Source: a virus (Duplodnaviria; Heunggongvirae; Uroviricota; Caudoviricetes). From it: a DNA stretch of 64,000 nucleotides. This document shows, in pieces, positions 27,578 through 37,532 of the stretch; positions within the stretch are counted from its first letter, which is position 1; each line of letters starts with the position of its first letter. The DNA is taken from IMG/VR virus record IMGVR_UViG_3300028840_008157, one strand, 5' to 3'. The position numbers and the translations under genes are program-made. The notes beneath the pieces were generated by a model that saw only the letters and a program-made list of their open reading frames with translations, did no database searches and was not told the DNA's origin.

Positions 27578-30500
27578 ACACGCCAAGAAGGCCGTCCGGA
27601 GCCTGCTCCCCCAACCCGACAGCGGGATCGTGTTCGTGGACTGGGGTTGTCCGGATAATTCCGGAAATTGGATGATCAACCTCCAGCGCGAACAACCCGA
27701 CAAGTCGATCATCGTGCTCCAGGCTCCGTGGGCCAAGAATTTCAACCTCTCCGGAGCCCGCAACCTGGGGGCGCGAAGCGGGGCCCTCGCCAAGGACGAC
27801 GTCCTTTGCTTCGTCGATTGCGACATCGTCGCGTCCGCCAGCTTGTCGGCGGAAATATCGAGGAGGATCGAGCCGGGGGTTTTCCTGACCTTCCAGCCAC
27901 GCGGACTTCCGACGGACGGTACATGCGTCGTCCGCCGAGGGGACTTCGAGCGCGTCGGGGGGTACGACGAGAACTTCAGGAGCTATGGGCACGAGGACGC
28001 CGATTTCTACGACGCGCTTCGTTTCGCCGGCCTCAAGGAGAGGCACTTGCCCGTTTCCCTGGTCGAGCACGTCGATCACGAGCCCGACAAGGAACGCTAC
28101 GAGATGAGGCTTAACTCCTGCGAGAACCAGATGTACCGCAGGACCAAGTGGGAACTCGCCCGAAGGCTTGGCAAGCCGCTGTCCGGCGAGGAGCGAACGT
28201 CCCTGTATGGCTCGCTCGTCCAGCGTTATCAACGGCTAGATCGACCAGAACCGGACGTCCCCCCGGCGTCGCCCAAGGTTTCTTTCTGCACCGCCTGCAA
28301 GGGAAGGGAATGGCAGTTACGGGCCACGTACAAGAAGAACATCGAGGACAATCTCTGCTACGGCAACGTCGAGTTCGTCCTGCTTAATTATGACTCCCCA
28401 GGCGACATCGATGAACTCGTCAGGGACGAGCTCAAGGAGTACATTGACCGAGGCGTCCTCAAGTACTACGCGCTCAAGACTCCCGACAACGCCACCCCGT
28501 GGCATTGCTCCGTGGCGAAAAACGTCACCCACAGGCTAGCCATGGGCGACATCGTATGTAACCTGGACGCGGACAACATGACGAAGCCGAACTTCGCCAC
28601 GCTGCTCGCCAAGACATGCAGGCCGGGCGTGGCCCTCCGGGCGCAGGGGCAGAAGGGCGCCGGCGGCATGATCGCCATGTGGCGCAAGGACTTCCTGTCC
28701 GTCGGCGGATACGACGAGAGCTTCCTGGCCGTGGGACACCAGGACAACGACATGGAGGATCGCCTATGGGCTGCCGGGCTGGAAGTCGCCCTTTTCCGGT
28801 CGATGCCCAACACGGTGATACCCAACACCAATGTAGACCGGATGAGGTTCGCCGGGGGCGGTCAGTACTTCGCGATGTCCGAGGAGAACAGGCGTCGCAA
28901 GGAAAAGAACAAGCAACTCGGACGCGTCGCGGTCAACGAGTTCGGATTCAAGCCCGTCGAGCTCCTCTTGAACTTCGACAAGGAGGTGACGCTGGACGCC
29001 TCCAATCCGGACCTCGTTACGACGATCTCCGACGTGAACCCCCTCTACAAGAGCTTCGCGTGGTCCAAACCATTCGACGAGGAACCGTCGGGGTGCTGGT
29101 ACGTGGTACACAAGGATTGGCGCGATCCGCTCTTCCTGAAGCCCGACGGAGATTTCTACCGGCCCTCCAAGGACGACGGGAAGTGGAGCCACGTCGGCAA
29201 CCGCCTGCACGTGTTATGGGACAACTGGGCCCCCGAGACGCTCGGCGTGAGCGGTGACGACGTCATCAGGGGTCGCAACATGCGCGCCATGCGCCTCGGA
29301 AACTGGAAGCCGGGGGGCTCCCCTCGGCGGCTGCTTGGTCCAGAGGCCTGGAAGGACGTGTTCGAGCCATGGCGCGGCAAGAAGGCCGCCTACTTGCAGA
29401 TGTACGGGAACGTCGGGGACCAGATGATCTATGACGCCACGTTGCAACTGATGTCCCATTACGGCATCAGCTACGAGCGCTGGCACGACGACTGCGACGT
29501 CGACGTCCTGATGATCACCGGGGGAGGCAACCTCGGCGAGGAGGGCCAGGCCAAGAGGCGCAAGAAGGTCATCGACTGGGCGATCAAGAAGGGCGTCAAG
29601 TGCGTGATCCTGCCGCAAACGATGATCCGGAAGGGCAACGAGACGTTCGCCAAGGAAGTCGACGTCTACGCCAGGGAGGACGCCACGCGCGCCATCGTCG
29701 ACGGATCGCGCTTCGCCCCGGACATGGCGCTCGGGTACCGGGCCGACCTGGAGCTCCCGGAACCGGTGTTCGACAAGGGCTACTTCTGCTCGAGGAGAAC
29801 CCATCGGTTCGTCCACGCCTGCGACCCGACGAGGCTATGCGATACGCCCCAGGGGTACGTCGCCCTGGCGGCGCTCTTCAAGGAGATCGTGACGAACCGC
29901 CTCCACTTCGCCATCGCCGGCCTCATCGCGGGACGCAAGGTCACGCTGTTCCCGAACGAGTACCACAAGAACAAGGCGGTCTGGGAGGCTTCCCTGAGGC
30001 ATCTCGGCTGCGAATGGCGCGACGACATGGTCCCGGAGGAGGAGATCCCGGAAGACGACGTCGTGGCCCAGCTATCTTTCTTCATCTGCTACGGCAAGAG
30101 GACGCCCCTCGCCAATCTGACCGACCCTATCGACGTCTACGTATTCGGGACCCAACGAAGCGGAAACCACGGAATCATCAAGTGGCTCCTCGGTCAATTC
30201 AAGCACCTGAACCCGGACGACAACCTGCGCAAGGAGGGCATTTTCAGGAACGACTGGAACAACGGCGGCCACAACGAGAACTTCGTCCCGGACGACAGCC
30301 GTATCCCCAGGAAGGACAACGTCAGGCTCATCAGCTACGAGAACGACTGGAACGTCCTCGATCCGGAGAGGCGCGACATGCTCCTGCGGGACGACCCGCA
30401 TGTCCGGAAGAGGTGCTTCGTGGTCCTGAGAAGCCCCCTCAACTGGTTCGCGTCGACGACGCGCTGGTCCAAGCGAACCCCTAAGGACAAGATCGTCGAG

Positions 30501-30824
30501 CTGATGATCCGGTACTTCGAGGACTTCTACCTGGAGCCGAAAGATCCTCGGGTGATCCCGATCCTGTTCGATCGATGGTTCGTGGACAAGGAATACAGGA
30601 TGAAGATCGCCAGGGAGATCGTCGACGATCCCAATGACAGGGCCTTCGGTACGATGGACGCCTTCAGCACGCCCAGCTCTTTCGACGGGTGGGGTCATCG
30701 ATTCGACGCGAAAGCGCTCAAGGTCCTCGAGCGGTACAAGCAACTCTCCAAGGAGGACATGGAAGCCCTCCTCGCCAACCCGCGGATCATGAGGATACTC
30801 GAGGCGCTGGGGGATGTCCCGTAG
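27540..30824 (+). CDS. Giant multidomain glycan-modifying enzyme (1094 aa): two GT-A modules (DCD/DAD, GGYDE..GHED.D), polysaccharide pyruvyltransferase-like domain (NRLHFAIAGLIAGRKV), C-terminal sulfotransferase-like P-loop region
   Basis: Motifs FITTCMGRLEH..VDWGCP..CFVDCDIVAS..VGGYDENFRSYGHEDADF; ISFCTACKGREWQL..NLDADN; pyruvyl-transferase C-motif; GTQRSGNHG. Confidence 0.8.
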   Translation: MLRFITTCMGRLEHAKKAVRSLLPQPDSGIVFVDWGCPDNSGNWMINLQREQPDKSIIVLQAPWAKNFNLSGARNLGARSGALAKDDVLCFVDCDIVASASLSAEISRRIEPGVFLTFQPRGLPTDGTCVVRRGDFERVGGYDENFRSYGHEDADFYDALRFAGLKERHLPVSLVEHVDHEPDKERYEMRLNSCENQMYRRTKWELARRLGKPLSGEERTSLYGSLVQRYQRLDRPEPDVPPASPKVSFCTACKGREWQLRATYKKNIEDNLCYGNVEFVLLNYDSPGDIDELVRDELKEYIDRGVLKYYALKTPDNATPWHCSVAKNVTHRLAMGDIVCNLDADNMTKPNFATLLAKTCRPGVALRAQGQKGAGGMIAMWRKDFLSVGGYDESFLAVGHQDNDMEDRLWAAGLEVALFRSMPNTVIPNTNVDRMRFAGGGQYFAMSEENRRRKEKNKQLGRVAVNEFGFKPVELLLNFDKEVTLDASNPDLVTTISDVNPLYKSFAWSKPFDEEPSGCWYVVHKDWRDPLFLKPDGDFYRPSKDDGKWSHVGNRLHVLWDNWAPETLGVSGDDVIRGRNMRAMRLGNWKPGGSPRRLLGPEAWKDVFEPWRGKKAAYLQMYGNVGDQMIYDATLQLMSHYGISYERWHDDCDVDVLMITGGGNLGEEGQAKRRKKVIDWAIKKGVKCVILPQTMIRKGNETFAKEVDVYAREDATRAIVDGSRFAPDMALGYRADLELPEPVFDKGYFCSRRTHRFVHACDPTRLCDTPQGYVALAALFKEIVTNRLHFAIAGLIAGRKVTLFPNEYHKNKAVWEASLRHLGCEWRDDMVPEEEIPEDDVVAQLSFFICYGKRTPLANLTDPIDVYVFGTQRSGNHGIIKWLLGQFKHLNPDDNLRKEGIFRNDWNNGGHNENFVPDDSRIPRKDNVRLISYENDWNVLDPERRDMLLRDDPHVRKRCFVVLRSPLNWFASTTRWSKRTPKDKIVELMIRYFEDFYLEPKDPRVIPILFDRWFVDKEYRMKIAREIVDDPNDRAFGTMDAFSTPSSFDGWGHRFDAKALKVLERYKQLSKEDMEALLANPRIMRILEALGDVP

Positions 30825-31470
30825 GATATCGTTCTGCACGACCTGCAAGGGGAGGCTCTGGCAGCTACGCCAGACGTACCTGCTCAACGTCGAGACGGCG
30901 ATCGAGGAGCATGACGACGTCGAGTTCGTCCTGGTGAACTACATGTCCCCTGACGAGTTGGACGACTGGGTATCGACGAGGCTCTCCCGCGTCGAGGGGC
31001 TCGTCTACGTCCGCCTCCGGGAACCCCTCCCCTGGCACGTCTGCAAGGCCAAGAACATGGGTCACCGGGCGACGACCGGCGACGTCATCGTCAACCTCGA
31101 CGCCGACAACTTCCTCGGCGAGGGGTACGTCTCCAGGGTCGTCGCGGAGGTCGGACCCGGGAACGCCTCGCGCCTGGTCGGGCACCCGTCCGTGGGCGGC
31201 CGGATCGCCGTCCATAGGGACGACTTCTTCGCCGTCGGCGGCTACGACGAGTCGCTGGCCCCCATGGGCCACGAGGACAACGACCTGGAGGCGAGGCTCG
31301 TCCTTAACGGGGTCAAGGTGGCCCATTGGCCACGCGGCCCGTTGCCGGTCGACAACACGGACGAGCAGCGCGCCGAGTTCTGCGACGCGAATTTCCCCGA
31401 ATGCGCCAGGCGAAGCGAGGAGATCAGCGCCGGGAACCTGAGGGCCGGGAGGATCGTCGCCAACTCATGA
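30814..31470 (+). CDS. GT-A glycosyltransferase (type-II module, CTTCKGRLWQL / DADN / GGYDESLAPMGHED)
   Basis: Near-identical module architecture to second module of 32788..36339. Confidence 0.75.
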   Translation: MSRRISFCTTCKGRLWQLRQTYLLNVETAIEEHDDVEFVLVNYMSPDELDDWVSTRLSRVEGLVYVRLREPLPWHVCKAKNMGHRATTGDVIVNLDADNFLGEGYVSRVVAEVGPGNASRLVGHPSVGGRIAVHRDDFFAVGGYDESLAPMGHEDNDLEARLVLNGVKVAHWPRGPLPVDNTDEQRAEFCDANFPECARRSEEISAGNLRAGRIVANS

Positions 31471-32060
31471 GGTTCGTCTTCGTCCACATCCAGAAGACCG
31501 GCGGAGACAGCGTTCGCTCGGCCCTGGGGCTTCCCGTCACCGGGAGGACCAAGCACTTCTCGGCCAGCGAGCACCTCGGAAGGATCGGGGTCGAGGCTTG
31601 GGGGAGCTCCTTCAGCTTCTCGTTCGTCAGGAACCCGTGGGACCGCCTCGTCTCATGGTGGGCGATGATGAGGAGAATCCGGCGTGAGAACCCGGAGGGC
31701 CGCGGACTCAACCCGTTCGCCAAGTACATCCTCGACAACTCCGATACGTTCGAGGAGTTCCTGTCCTGCGACGAGGTCATGGACTTGCCGGACGGCGCCC
31801 GATCGCTCTGGAGGAACCAATACGATTACCTGACCGGTCCCGACGGATCCATGATCGTGAGCTTCGTCGGGCGGTTCGAGCGCATCGAGTCGGACTTCGA
31901 AAAGGTCGCCAGGATCATCGGCCGCGACGCGAAGGTTCCCCACGTCAACAAGTCCCATCACGATCATTACTCCTCGTATTACACGCCCACGCTGGCGAGG
32001 ATCGTCGGCGAGCGCTTCGCGAGGGACGTCGAGGCGTTCGGGTACGGCTTCGAGGGTTAG
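31467..32060 (+). CDS. Sulfotransferase-family protein
   Basis: 5'-PSB-like motif FVFVHIQKTGGDS; start set at internal ATG forming ATGA overlap with upstream stop (track ORF begins earlier with Arg-rich junk). Confidence 0.65.
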   Translation: MRFVFVHIQKTGGDSVRSALGLPVTGRTKHFSASEHLGRIGVEAWGSSFSFSFVRNPWDRLVSWWAMMRRIRRENPEGRGLNPFAKYILDNSDTFEEFLSCDEVMDLPDGARSLWRNQYDYLTGPDGSMIVSFVGRFERIESDFEKVARIIGRDAKVPHVNKSHHDHYSSYYTPTLARIVGERFARDVEAFGYGFEG

Positions 32061-32064
32061 GGAA

Positions 32065-32784
32065 TTGTACACGATGGAGGAGAACTGGGCGCTGGTCGAG
32101 GAAGCCAGGCGCAGGGTTTCCGGGCGCCGACCGCGCGAGCTCGGGATCCTGTTCCTCTATCACAAGACGTGCGACGTAACCGAGAGGAACCTGGAGTCGC
32201 TCGAGCGATCGGGTCATCTCGTGATCCCGATCTCGATGGAGAGGGGCGCGTACTTCTCTTCCGGTTACTGGCTCGAGCAGACCCCGTTCTGGGGCGACCT
32301 CACGGGGTACGACCCGCGGAGGTGCTGGTATAATATGGACGCCTGCTATTACGAGTACTATCGCAGGCGCAACGAGAACTGCAAGCGATGGCTCCTCGCG
32401 GAATGGGACGTCCTGTGCAAGGGACGCGTCGAGGACTTCTACGGGAACCTCTGGGACGAGGACTTCGTCGCCGCCACGATCCATCCCCCTGAGGGTAGCC
32501 GCTGGCATTGGTTCAAGGAGGTCGAATCGCTGCCTTACTACATGCGCGGACGCGCCTTCGGGGCGTCGCCCCTCGCCGGCGTCCTGTTGTCGGACGACTG
32601 CATGGAACGGATCGTCCGCGAGTCGTGGCGCATCGACGCCTTCTGCGAGCTGAGGATCGCCACGCTCGCCAGGTTCGCGGGGCTCCTGCCGATTCGCAAT
32701 CCCAGGGCGCGGGGAAAGCTGAAATGGAGGCCGAGCCCGGTGGTCGACGGCGACGGCCTCTGGCATCCGGTCAAGGAAATGTGA
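32065..32784 (+). CDS. Hypothetical protein (239 aa) within glycan cluster
   Basis: Clean ORF, Trp/Tyr-rich; no motif recognised. Confidence 0.5.
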   Translation: MYTMEENWALVEEARRRVSGRRPRELGILFLYHKTCDVTERNLESLERSGHLVIPISMERGAYFSSGYWLEQTPFWGDLTGYDPRRCWYNMDACYYEYYRRRNENCKRWLLAEWDVLCKGRVEDFYGNLWDEDFVAATIHPPEGSRWHWFKEVESLPYYMRGRAFGASPLAGVLLSDDCMERIVRESWRIDAFCELRIATLARFAGLLPIRNPRARGKLKWRPSPVVDGDGLWHPVKEM

Positions 32785-32787
32785 CCC

Positions 32788-35700
32788 ATGTTCCTCGTCG
32801 CCAAGCGTGAGATCACGGAGCACAAGGGCGACCCGGAGGAGATGAAGAAGCTCCTTCTCCGGGACGACTACCTTTACGCCTGCTTCCTGTACTCCGACCC
32901 GCTCAGCCCCTTGTTCGTCCACGTCAAGCCCGGGAAGGCCAGGCTGATGGCCGACTGGGAGAGCAACGACTTCTGGTTCATGGAAGTCCCGACGTCCTTC
33001 CTGTACCCGTCCGAGACGAGCCTGAGGATGGGCCATGGGGCTTCCATGGCCCACTTCTCCAGGCTTGGATGGATCGCCGAGGATGACGCCTGGATCGAGA
33101 ACCGGATGCCCGTCCGTCAATACGAGCAGAGGATCCAAGGGCTCCTCGGTCATTTCGAAGAGAAAAGGTTGTTGTTCTTCGGCTCCCTGGACGGACACGA
33201 CGAGAGGGGCGAGACGAGGAGGTCCCAAGTCAAGCTCCTCGAGACGGCCGGATTCACCATCGTGACGAAGTCCTTCTTCCCCGAACCCACGAGGAAGTTG
33301 ATCGACGTCCTCGAGGACGAGAGGTGCTGCGCCGTCCTGGGGATGGACGGACTGAGCGTGGGCTGCATGAGGGACCATGAGGTCGCGTTGTCGGCCGTCC
33401 CCTACCTGAGGGTCACGAGGACGATCCAGAACGTTCCCTTCGTCAACCCGACTGGCCGCGCCTGGGTCGCGACGGCGCAGGGAGCGGACGTCGGTCGCGC
33501 CTTCGCGGAGATGAAGGCGTCGGCCTCGTGCGGGACAATGTCCGAGCGACTTCTCGACGCCAGGGACGTGTCCTTGGCGATGAGGGACAATTGGCGCTTC
33601 TTCCAATGCCTCGACGCCTGCTGCTTCGATTCCGATTCGGCCCTCCGGGCGGCCGAGGAGATCGCGATTCGAGACGCGTCGATTCCCGAGGCGATCGAGG
33701 GGGCGCTTCCCGGGAAAGTCCTGGAAGCCGAGAAGGTGGATACCTTCATGGTGTTCGATTCCGACGGGTCTCTCCTGCCGGGGAGATTCAAGATCGGGGA
33801 AGTCCATGGCGCCTCGGAGGGGCGGCCGGCCCTCCTCCAATCGCTGGTGGGCGAGAAGGGCCTCCCCAAAAACCCCTTGATATCGTTCGTGGTGCCTTGC
33901 ATGGGAAGGCTCGAGCATCTGCAACGGGCGCTCCCGAGGTTGTCCCAGCAGCCCAATTCAGAGGTCGTCATCGTCGACTGGTCGTGCCCGGAGTATTGCG
34001 GAGACTGGGCCGACAAGTTCCCCCGGACGCGCGTCGTCAGGGTCCCGGGCCAACGGACGTTCAACCTGTCCAAGGCGAGGAACGCCGGCGCGGGGGAGGC
34101 TCGCGGGGAGTGGCTTTGCTTCCTTGACTGCGACATGATCGTGTCGCCCAAGTTCGCGACGGAGCTATCGAAGGGATTCAAGGACAAGTCCTACGTCAGC
34201 TTCGGAACGCTCGGGTCGGCCGGCCATTCGGGGATGACGACGTGTCGCAAGGCCGATTGGGAGGCCGTCGGGGGCTATGACGGTCGCATGGAGGGCTGGG
34301 GGTACGAGGACACCGACTTCAAGCATCGCCTCAGGCTCAGGGGGCTCTCGGGCGTCGTGGTCGACATGTCGCTCGCCAAGCACATAGATCACGACAACGA
34401 GGCGAGGACCAGGTTTTACGACGATGACCAGGCGACGAGCCACGGCAGGAACGAAGCCCTTTCCCAACGGAAGATCAAGGATCGCAAGAAGATCGTCGGC
34501 CTATGGAAGGCCACGCATTCCTCGTGGAAGGGCTTCCTGTTCTTCGACGAGGACGGCTCGTTCTCCCGTCAGGCGCACGGAGATCACGGAAGCTGGCTGC
34601 TCGAGGATGGCGAGCTGGTCCTCAGGTGGGCCAAGTGGCCCCCCGAAAGGTTGAAGGAGAAGGAACCGGGCCAATACGCCGGGACGTTCATGACCCTGTC
34701 AAAGGAGGAGCCTCTCAAAAGGAAGGACGACGAGAGCCTCCAATACGTCGGCGATTGGACCGTTAGGCATGACGACTGGAAGGACACGATTAGCCTCCTT
34801 CGGGACGGAACATTCCATAGGTCGAGCGTCAAGTGGGAAGGGGGCACGTGGGAGTCGCTGGGGGGCCGCGTCCTGTTGAAGTGGGACCGATGGGGGACGG
34901 AAACGGCCAACTACGAGGACGGAAGCCTCGTCGGCGACCGGTTCGTCGCCGTCAGGCCGTGGCGCCTGGAACACCCCAAGATATCCCTTTGCACGACCTG
35001 CAAGGGGAGGCTGTGGCAATTATCACGGACGTTCCTTGGAAACGTAAGGAGAGCCCTGGAGGAGTACGACAACGTCGAGTTCGTCCTGATGGACTACGGC
35101 TCCCAGGACGGGCTCGAGGATTGGGCGCGGACGAAGCTCCGGAAGTACGTCGACGAGGGGATCGTGAAGTACTGCAAGCTCGTCGACGATCTTCCGTGGC
35201 ATGCGTCCAAGTCCAGGAATCTGGCCCATCGGATGGCGAGCGGGGTCATCCTTTGCAACGTGGACGCCGACAACTTCCTCGGCGAGGGATTCGTCAAGAA
35301 ACTATCCTTCGAAGTCGGACCTAAGAAGGCCGTCAGGCTGGCTGGCGACGCGTCCGTGGGGGGACGCATCGCCGTCCACAAGGACGACTTCTTCGCCGTC
35401 GGCGGTTACCTCGAGTCGTTGGCCCCCATGGGCCACCTCGACAACGAGTTCGAGCGCAGGCTCGGGAGCAACGGCGTCCGCGTGATCCACTGGCCGAGCG
35501 GGCCGTTGCCGGTCGAGAACACGGACGCCCAGCGGGCCGAGTTCTGCGACAGGTCGTACGCCGAGTGCATGGCCCACAGCAAAAAGGTCATGGACCGGAA
35601 CCCCGTGGTCAACGAGCGGTTCCAGCGCGCCACGGTCCGCGTGAACTGGTCTAGAACCGTCGAGCTGGGGCCGGAACGCGGGGACGTTAGAAAGAAACTG

Positions 35701-36339
35701 GGGATCGCCCCGGCGCCTGCGAAGGTCAGGATCGTCTCCTTCTTCAAGGACAACATCCCGGAGGAGGCGAGGTCGGCGCAGCGGGCGGTCATGAGGAAGT
35801 TCGGGCAACGGATCGAGCAGTTCCGGTTCGCGGCCACGCACCAGCAGGCCATCGACGGGTTCATGAGCGAAATGGATTGGAGCCGCCACGACTTCCTCGT
35901 CATCCTCGACATCGACGCCGTGCCCACGAGCGACGAGGGAATCCCGTACATGGTCGAGGAGATGAGGAGAGGGCGCCTCGTCGGCTGCGCGCAGGCCGCG
36001 AACCACGGCCATATGAACCGCGACCACGTCTACGTCGGGCCGTTCTGCGTCGGCCTGACGAGGGACGTCTTCGAGGCGCTCGGGAGGCCCTCCTTCCTGG
36101 AGACCGCCAGGTCCGACGTCGGGCAGGAGCTCACGTGGCTGGCGCAGGAGAAAAACGTGCCCGTCTCCATGATGCTGCCGACGAGCGTCGAGGAGCCCCG
36201 CTGGGCGCTCGGCCCGACGGGCAAATTCGGGCTGGGGACGGGATACGGGGTCGCCGGCGTCGAGTTGTTCTGGCACGCCTTCGAGTCCCGGTACCGGACC
36301 GAGCGGTTCGTCAGGAAGTGCAAGGAGCTGCTGGCATGA
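32788..36339 (+). CDS. Giant multidomain glycosyltransferase (1183 aa): N-terminal unknown region, type-I GT-A module, Trp-rich repeat domain, type-II GT-A module, C-terminal unknown domain
   Basis: VVPCMGRLEHL..IVDWSCPEY..CFLDCDMIVS..GGYDGRMEGWGYEDTDF and ISLCTTCKGRLWQL..NVDADNFLGEGF..GGYLESLAPMGHLDNE. Confidence 0.8.
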   Translation: MFLVAKREITEHKGDPEEMKKLLLRDDYLYACFLYSDPLSPLFVHVKPGKARLMADWESNDFWFMEVPTSFLYPSETSLRMGHGASMAHFSRLGWIAEDDAWIENRMPVRQYEQRIQGLLGHFEEKRLLFFGSLDGHDERGETRRSQVKLLETAGFTIVTKSFFPEPTRKLIDVLEDERCCAVLGMDGLSVGCMRDHEVALSAVPYLRVTRTIQNVPFVNPTGRAWVATAQGADVGRAFAEMKASASCGTMSERLLDARDVSLAMRDNWRFFQCLDACCFDSDSALRAAEEIAIRDASIPEAIEGALPGKVLEAEKVDTFMVFDSDGSLLPGRFKIGEVHGASEGRPALLQSLVGEKGLPKNPLISFVVPCMGRLEHLQRALPRLSQQPNSEVVIVDWSCPEYCGDWADKFPRTRVVRVPGQRTFNLSKARNAGAGEARGEWLCFLDCDMIVSPKFATELSKGFKDKSYVSFGTLGSAGHSGMTTCRKADWEAVGGYDGRMEGWGYEDTDFKHRLRLRGLSGVVVDMSLAKHIDHDNEARTRFYDDDQATSHGRNEALSQRKIKDRKKIVGLWKATHSSWKGFLFFDEDGSFSRQAHGDHGSWLLEDGELVLRWAKWPPERLKEKEPGQYAGTFMTLSKEEPLKRKDDESLQYVGDWTVRHDDWKDTISLLRDGTFHRSSVKWEGGTWESLGGRVLLKWDRWGTETANYEDGSLVGDRFVAVRPWRLEHPKISLCTTCKGRLWQLSRTFLGNVRRALEEYDNVEFVLMDYGSQDGLEDWARTKLRKYVDEGIVKYCKLVDDLPWHASKSRNLAHRMASGVILCNVDADNFLGEGFVKKLSFEVGPKKAVRLAGDASVGGRIAVHKDDFFAVGGYLESLAPMGHLDNEFERRLGSNGVRVIHWPSGPLPVENTDAQRAEFCDRSYAECMAHSKKVMDRNPVVNERFQRATVRVNWSRTVELGPERGDVRKKLGIAPAPAKVRIVSFFKDNIPEEARSAQRAVMRKFGQRIEQFRFAATHQQAIDGFMSEMDWSRHDFLVILDIDAVPTSDEGIPYMVEEMRRGRLVGCAQAANHGHMNRDHVYVGPFCVGLTRDVFEALGRPSFLETARSDVGQELTWLAQEKNVPVSMMLPTSVEEPRWALGPTGKFGLGTGYGVAGVELFWHAFESRYRTERFVRKCKELLA

Positions 36340-37532
36340 GACGACGCGCGAGACCAAAACTCTTCTGCGTCAAGCCTCGGCTTCCCGTCGAGGAGCCGAA
36401 GCAGATTGTCGTCCAAGACGAGCACAAGGAGCCGGAATCATTCCTCGAAAGGGTCGCCAATCAGAGGATTCTCGTCGTGGGAAACGGGCCAAGCGCGCTT
36501 CGATGCGCCAAGATGATGGAGGAGTTCGACGTCGTCGTCAGGTTCAACAAGTTCGCCATCAGGGAGGGGACCGGCGCAAGGACGGACGTATGGGCGTGCT
36601 GCCTACTTCCCGACGTCATAGACCATATTGTTTCCAATGTCGAGAACATCAAACCCAAAGTCGTATTTCTTGTGCAACACGATAAATCTGATGATTGGTT
36701 GTCAAAATGCATTGACCGAGTTAAAAAAACAGGCATTCGCCTTTGTATATCTTGCCGAGACGAGTGGGAACGTATGGTACAAGAGTTAGACGGGGGTCCT
36801 CCAACAACGGGAGCCATGGTCGTAAACAAATTAATAGAAACGGGGGCCAAACCTACATTGATAGGGTTTGACCAGGTTTGCGGAAATCTAAAAAGTTATT
36901 TTAGACAAGAGGATATGTACTGGAGACACGTTCCATTTATCGAAAGTACATGGCTTATAAAACAAAGAAACCATGGATATCTCAACATTGAAGGCTTAAT
37001 TACTGAAAAAGAAGAAGATGAAAAATATTCGAGTTGTTATGCCCATGGATACGGTCATGGTCCTATTTTTGAATTATTTTCGTTCGGCAAAAAAATAAAC
37101 GCTTTTGATCATGTTCGAACCATATTTGACGCCGGATGCGGTACTGGCGAAGCCATGTTAATGCTCCGGAGCAATGGTTTTTATGTATCAGGAATAGATA
37201 TATCGTCTTTGGCAGTCGACAAGGCTTCGTCTTCGGGACTAGAAGTGATTCATGGGTCGCTAACACAAATCCCCTCCTGTCATTTTGACCTCGTATGGTG
37301 TTGTGATGTACTTGAACATTTGCCAATGATTTGGTTAAACGAAGCTTTGATAAAAATCAAAGGGGTTTCTAAAAGATGCTTATTCAGCATATCTACACGT
37401 AAAAGTATGTTTCGTAAAAATTTGCATTTAACGGTTCGCTCTCCAGGTTGGTGGTCTGAATTGTTGTCTTCCTATTTTTCTATACGACAGTACGAAACTA
37501 CCAAAGATTCCATCAAGATTTTTACGGCCTAA
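36336..37532 (+). CDS. Fusion protein: CstII/GT42-like sialyltransferase-type N-domain + class I SAM-dependent methyltransferase C-domain
   Basis: ILVVGNGPSALRCAKMMEEFDVVVRFNKF (cf. CstII IIAGNGPSL..DFDVFRCNQF); FDAGCGTGEAMLML...FDLVWCCDVLEHL MTase motifs I and post-I; ATGA overlap with upstream stop; 3' two-thirds AT-rich. Confidence 0.75.
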   Translation: MRRRARPKLFCVKPRLPVEEPKQIVVQDEHKEPESFLERVANQRILVVGNGPSALRCAKMMEEFDVVVRFNKFAIREGTGARTDVWACCLLPDVIDHIVSNVENIKPKVVFLVQHDKSDDWLSKCIDRVKKTGIRLCISCRDEWERMVQELDGGPPTTGAMVVNKLIETGAKPTLIGFDQVCGNLKSYFRQEDMYWRHVPFIESTWLIKQRNHGYLNIEGLITEKEEDEKYSSCYAHGYGHGPIFELFSFGKKINAFDHVRTIFDAGCGTGEAMLMLRSNGFYVSGIDISSLAVDKASSSGLEVIHGSLTQIPSCHFDLVWCCDVLEHLPMIWLNEALIKIKGVSKRCLFSISTRKSMFRKNLHLTVRSPGWWSELLSSYFSIRQYETTKDSIKIFTA

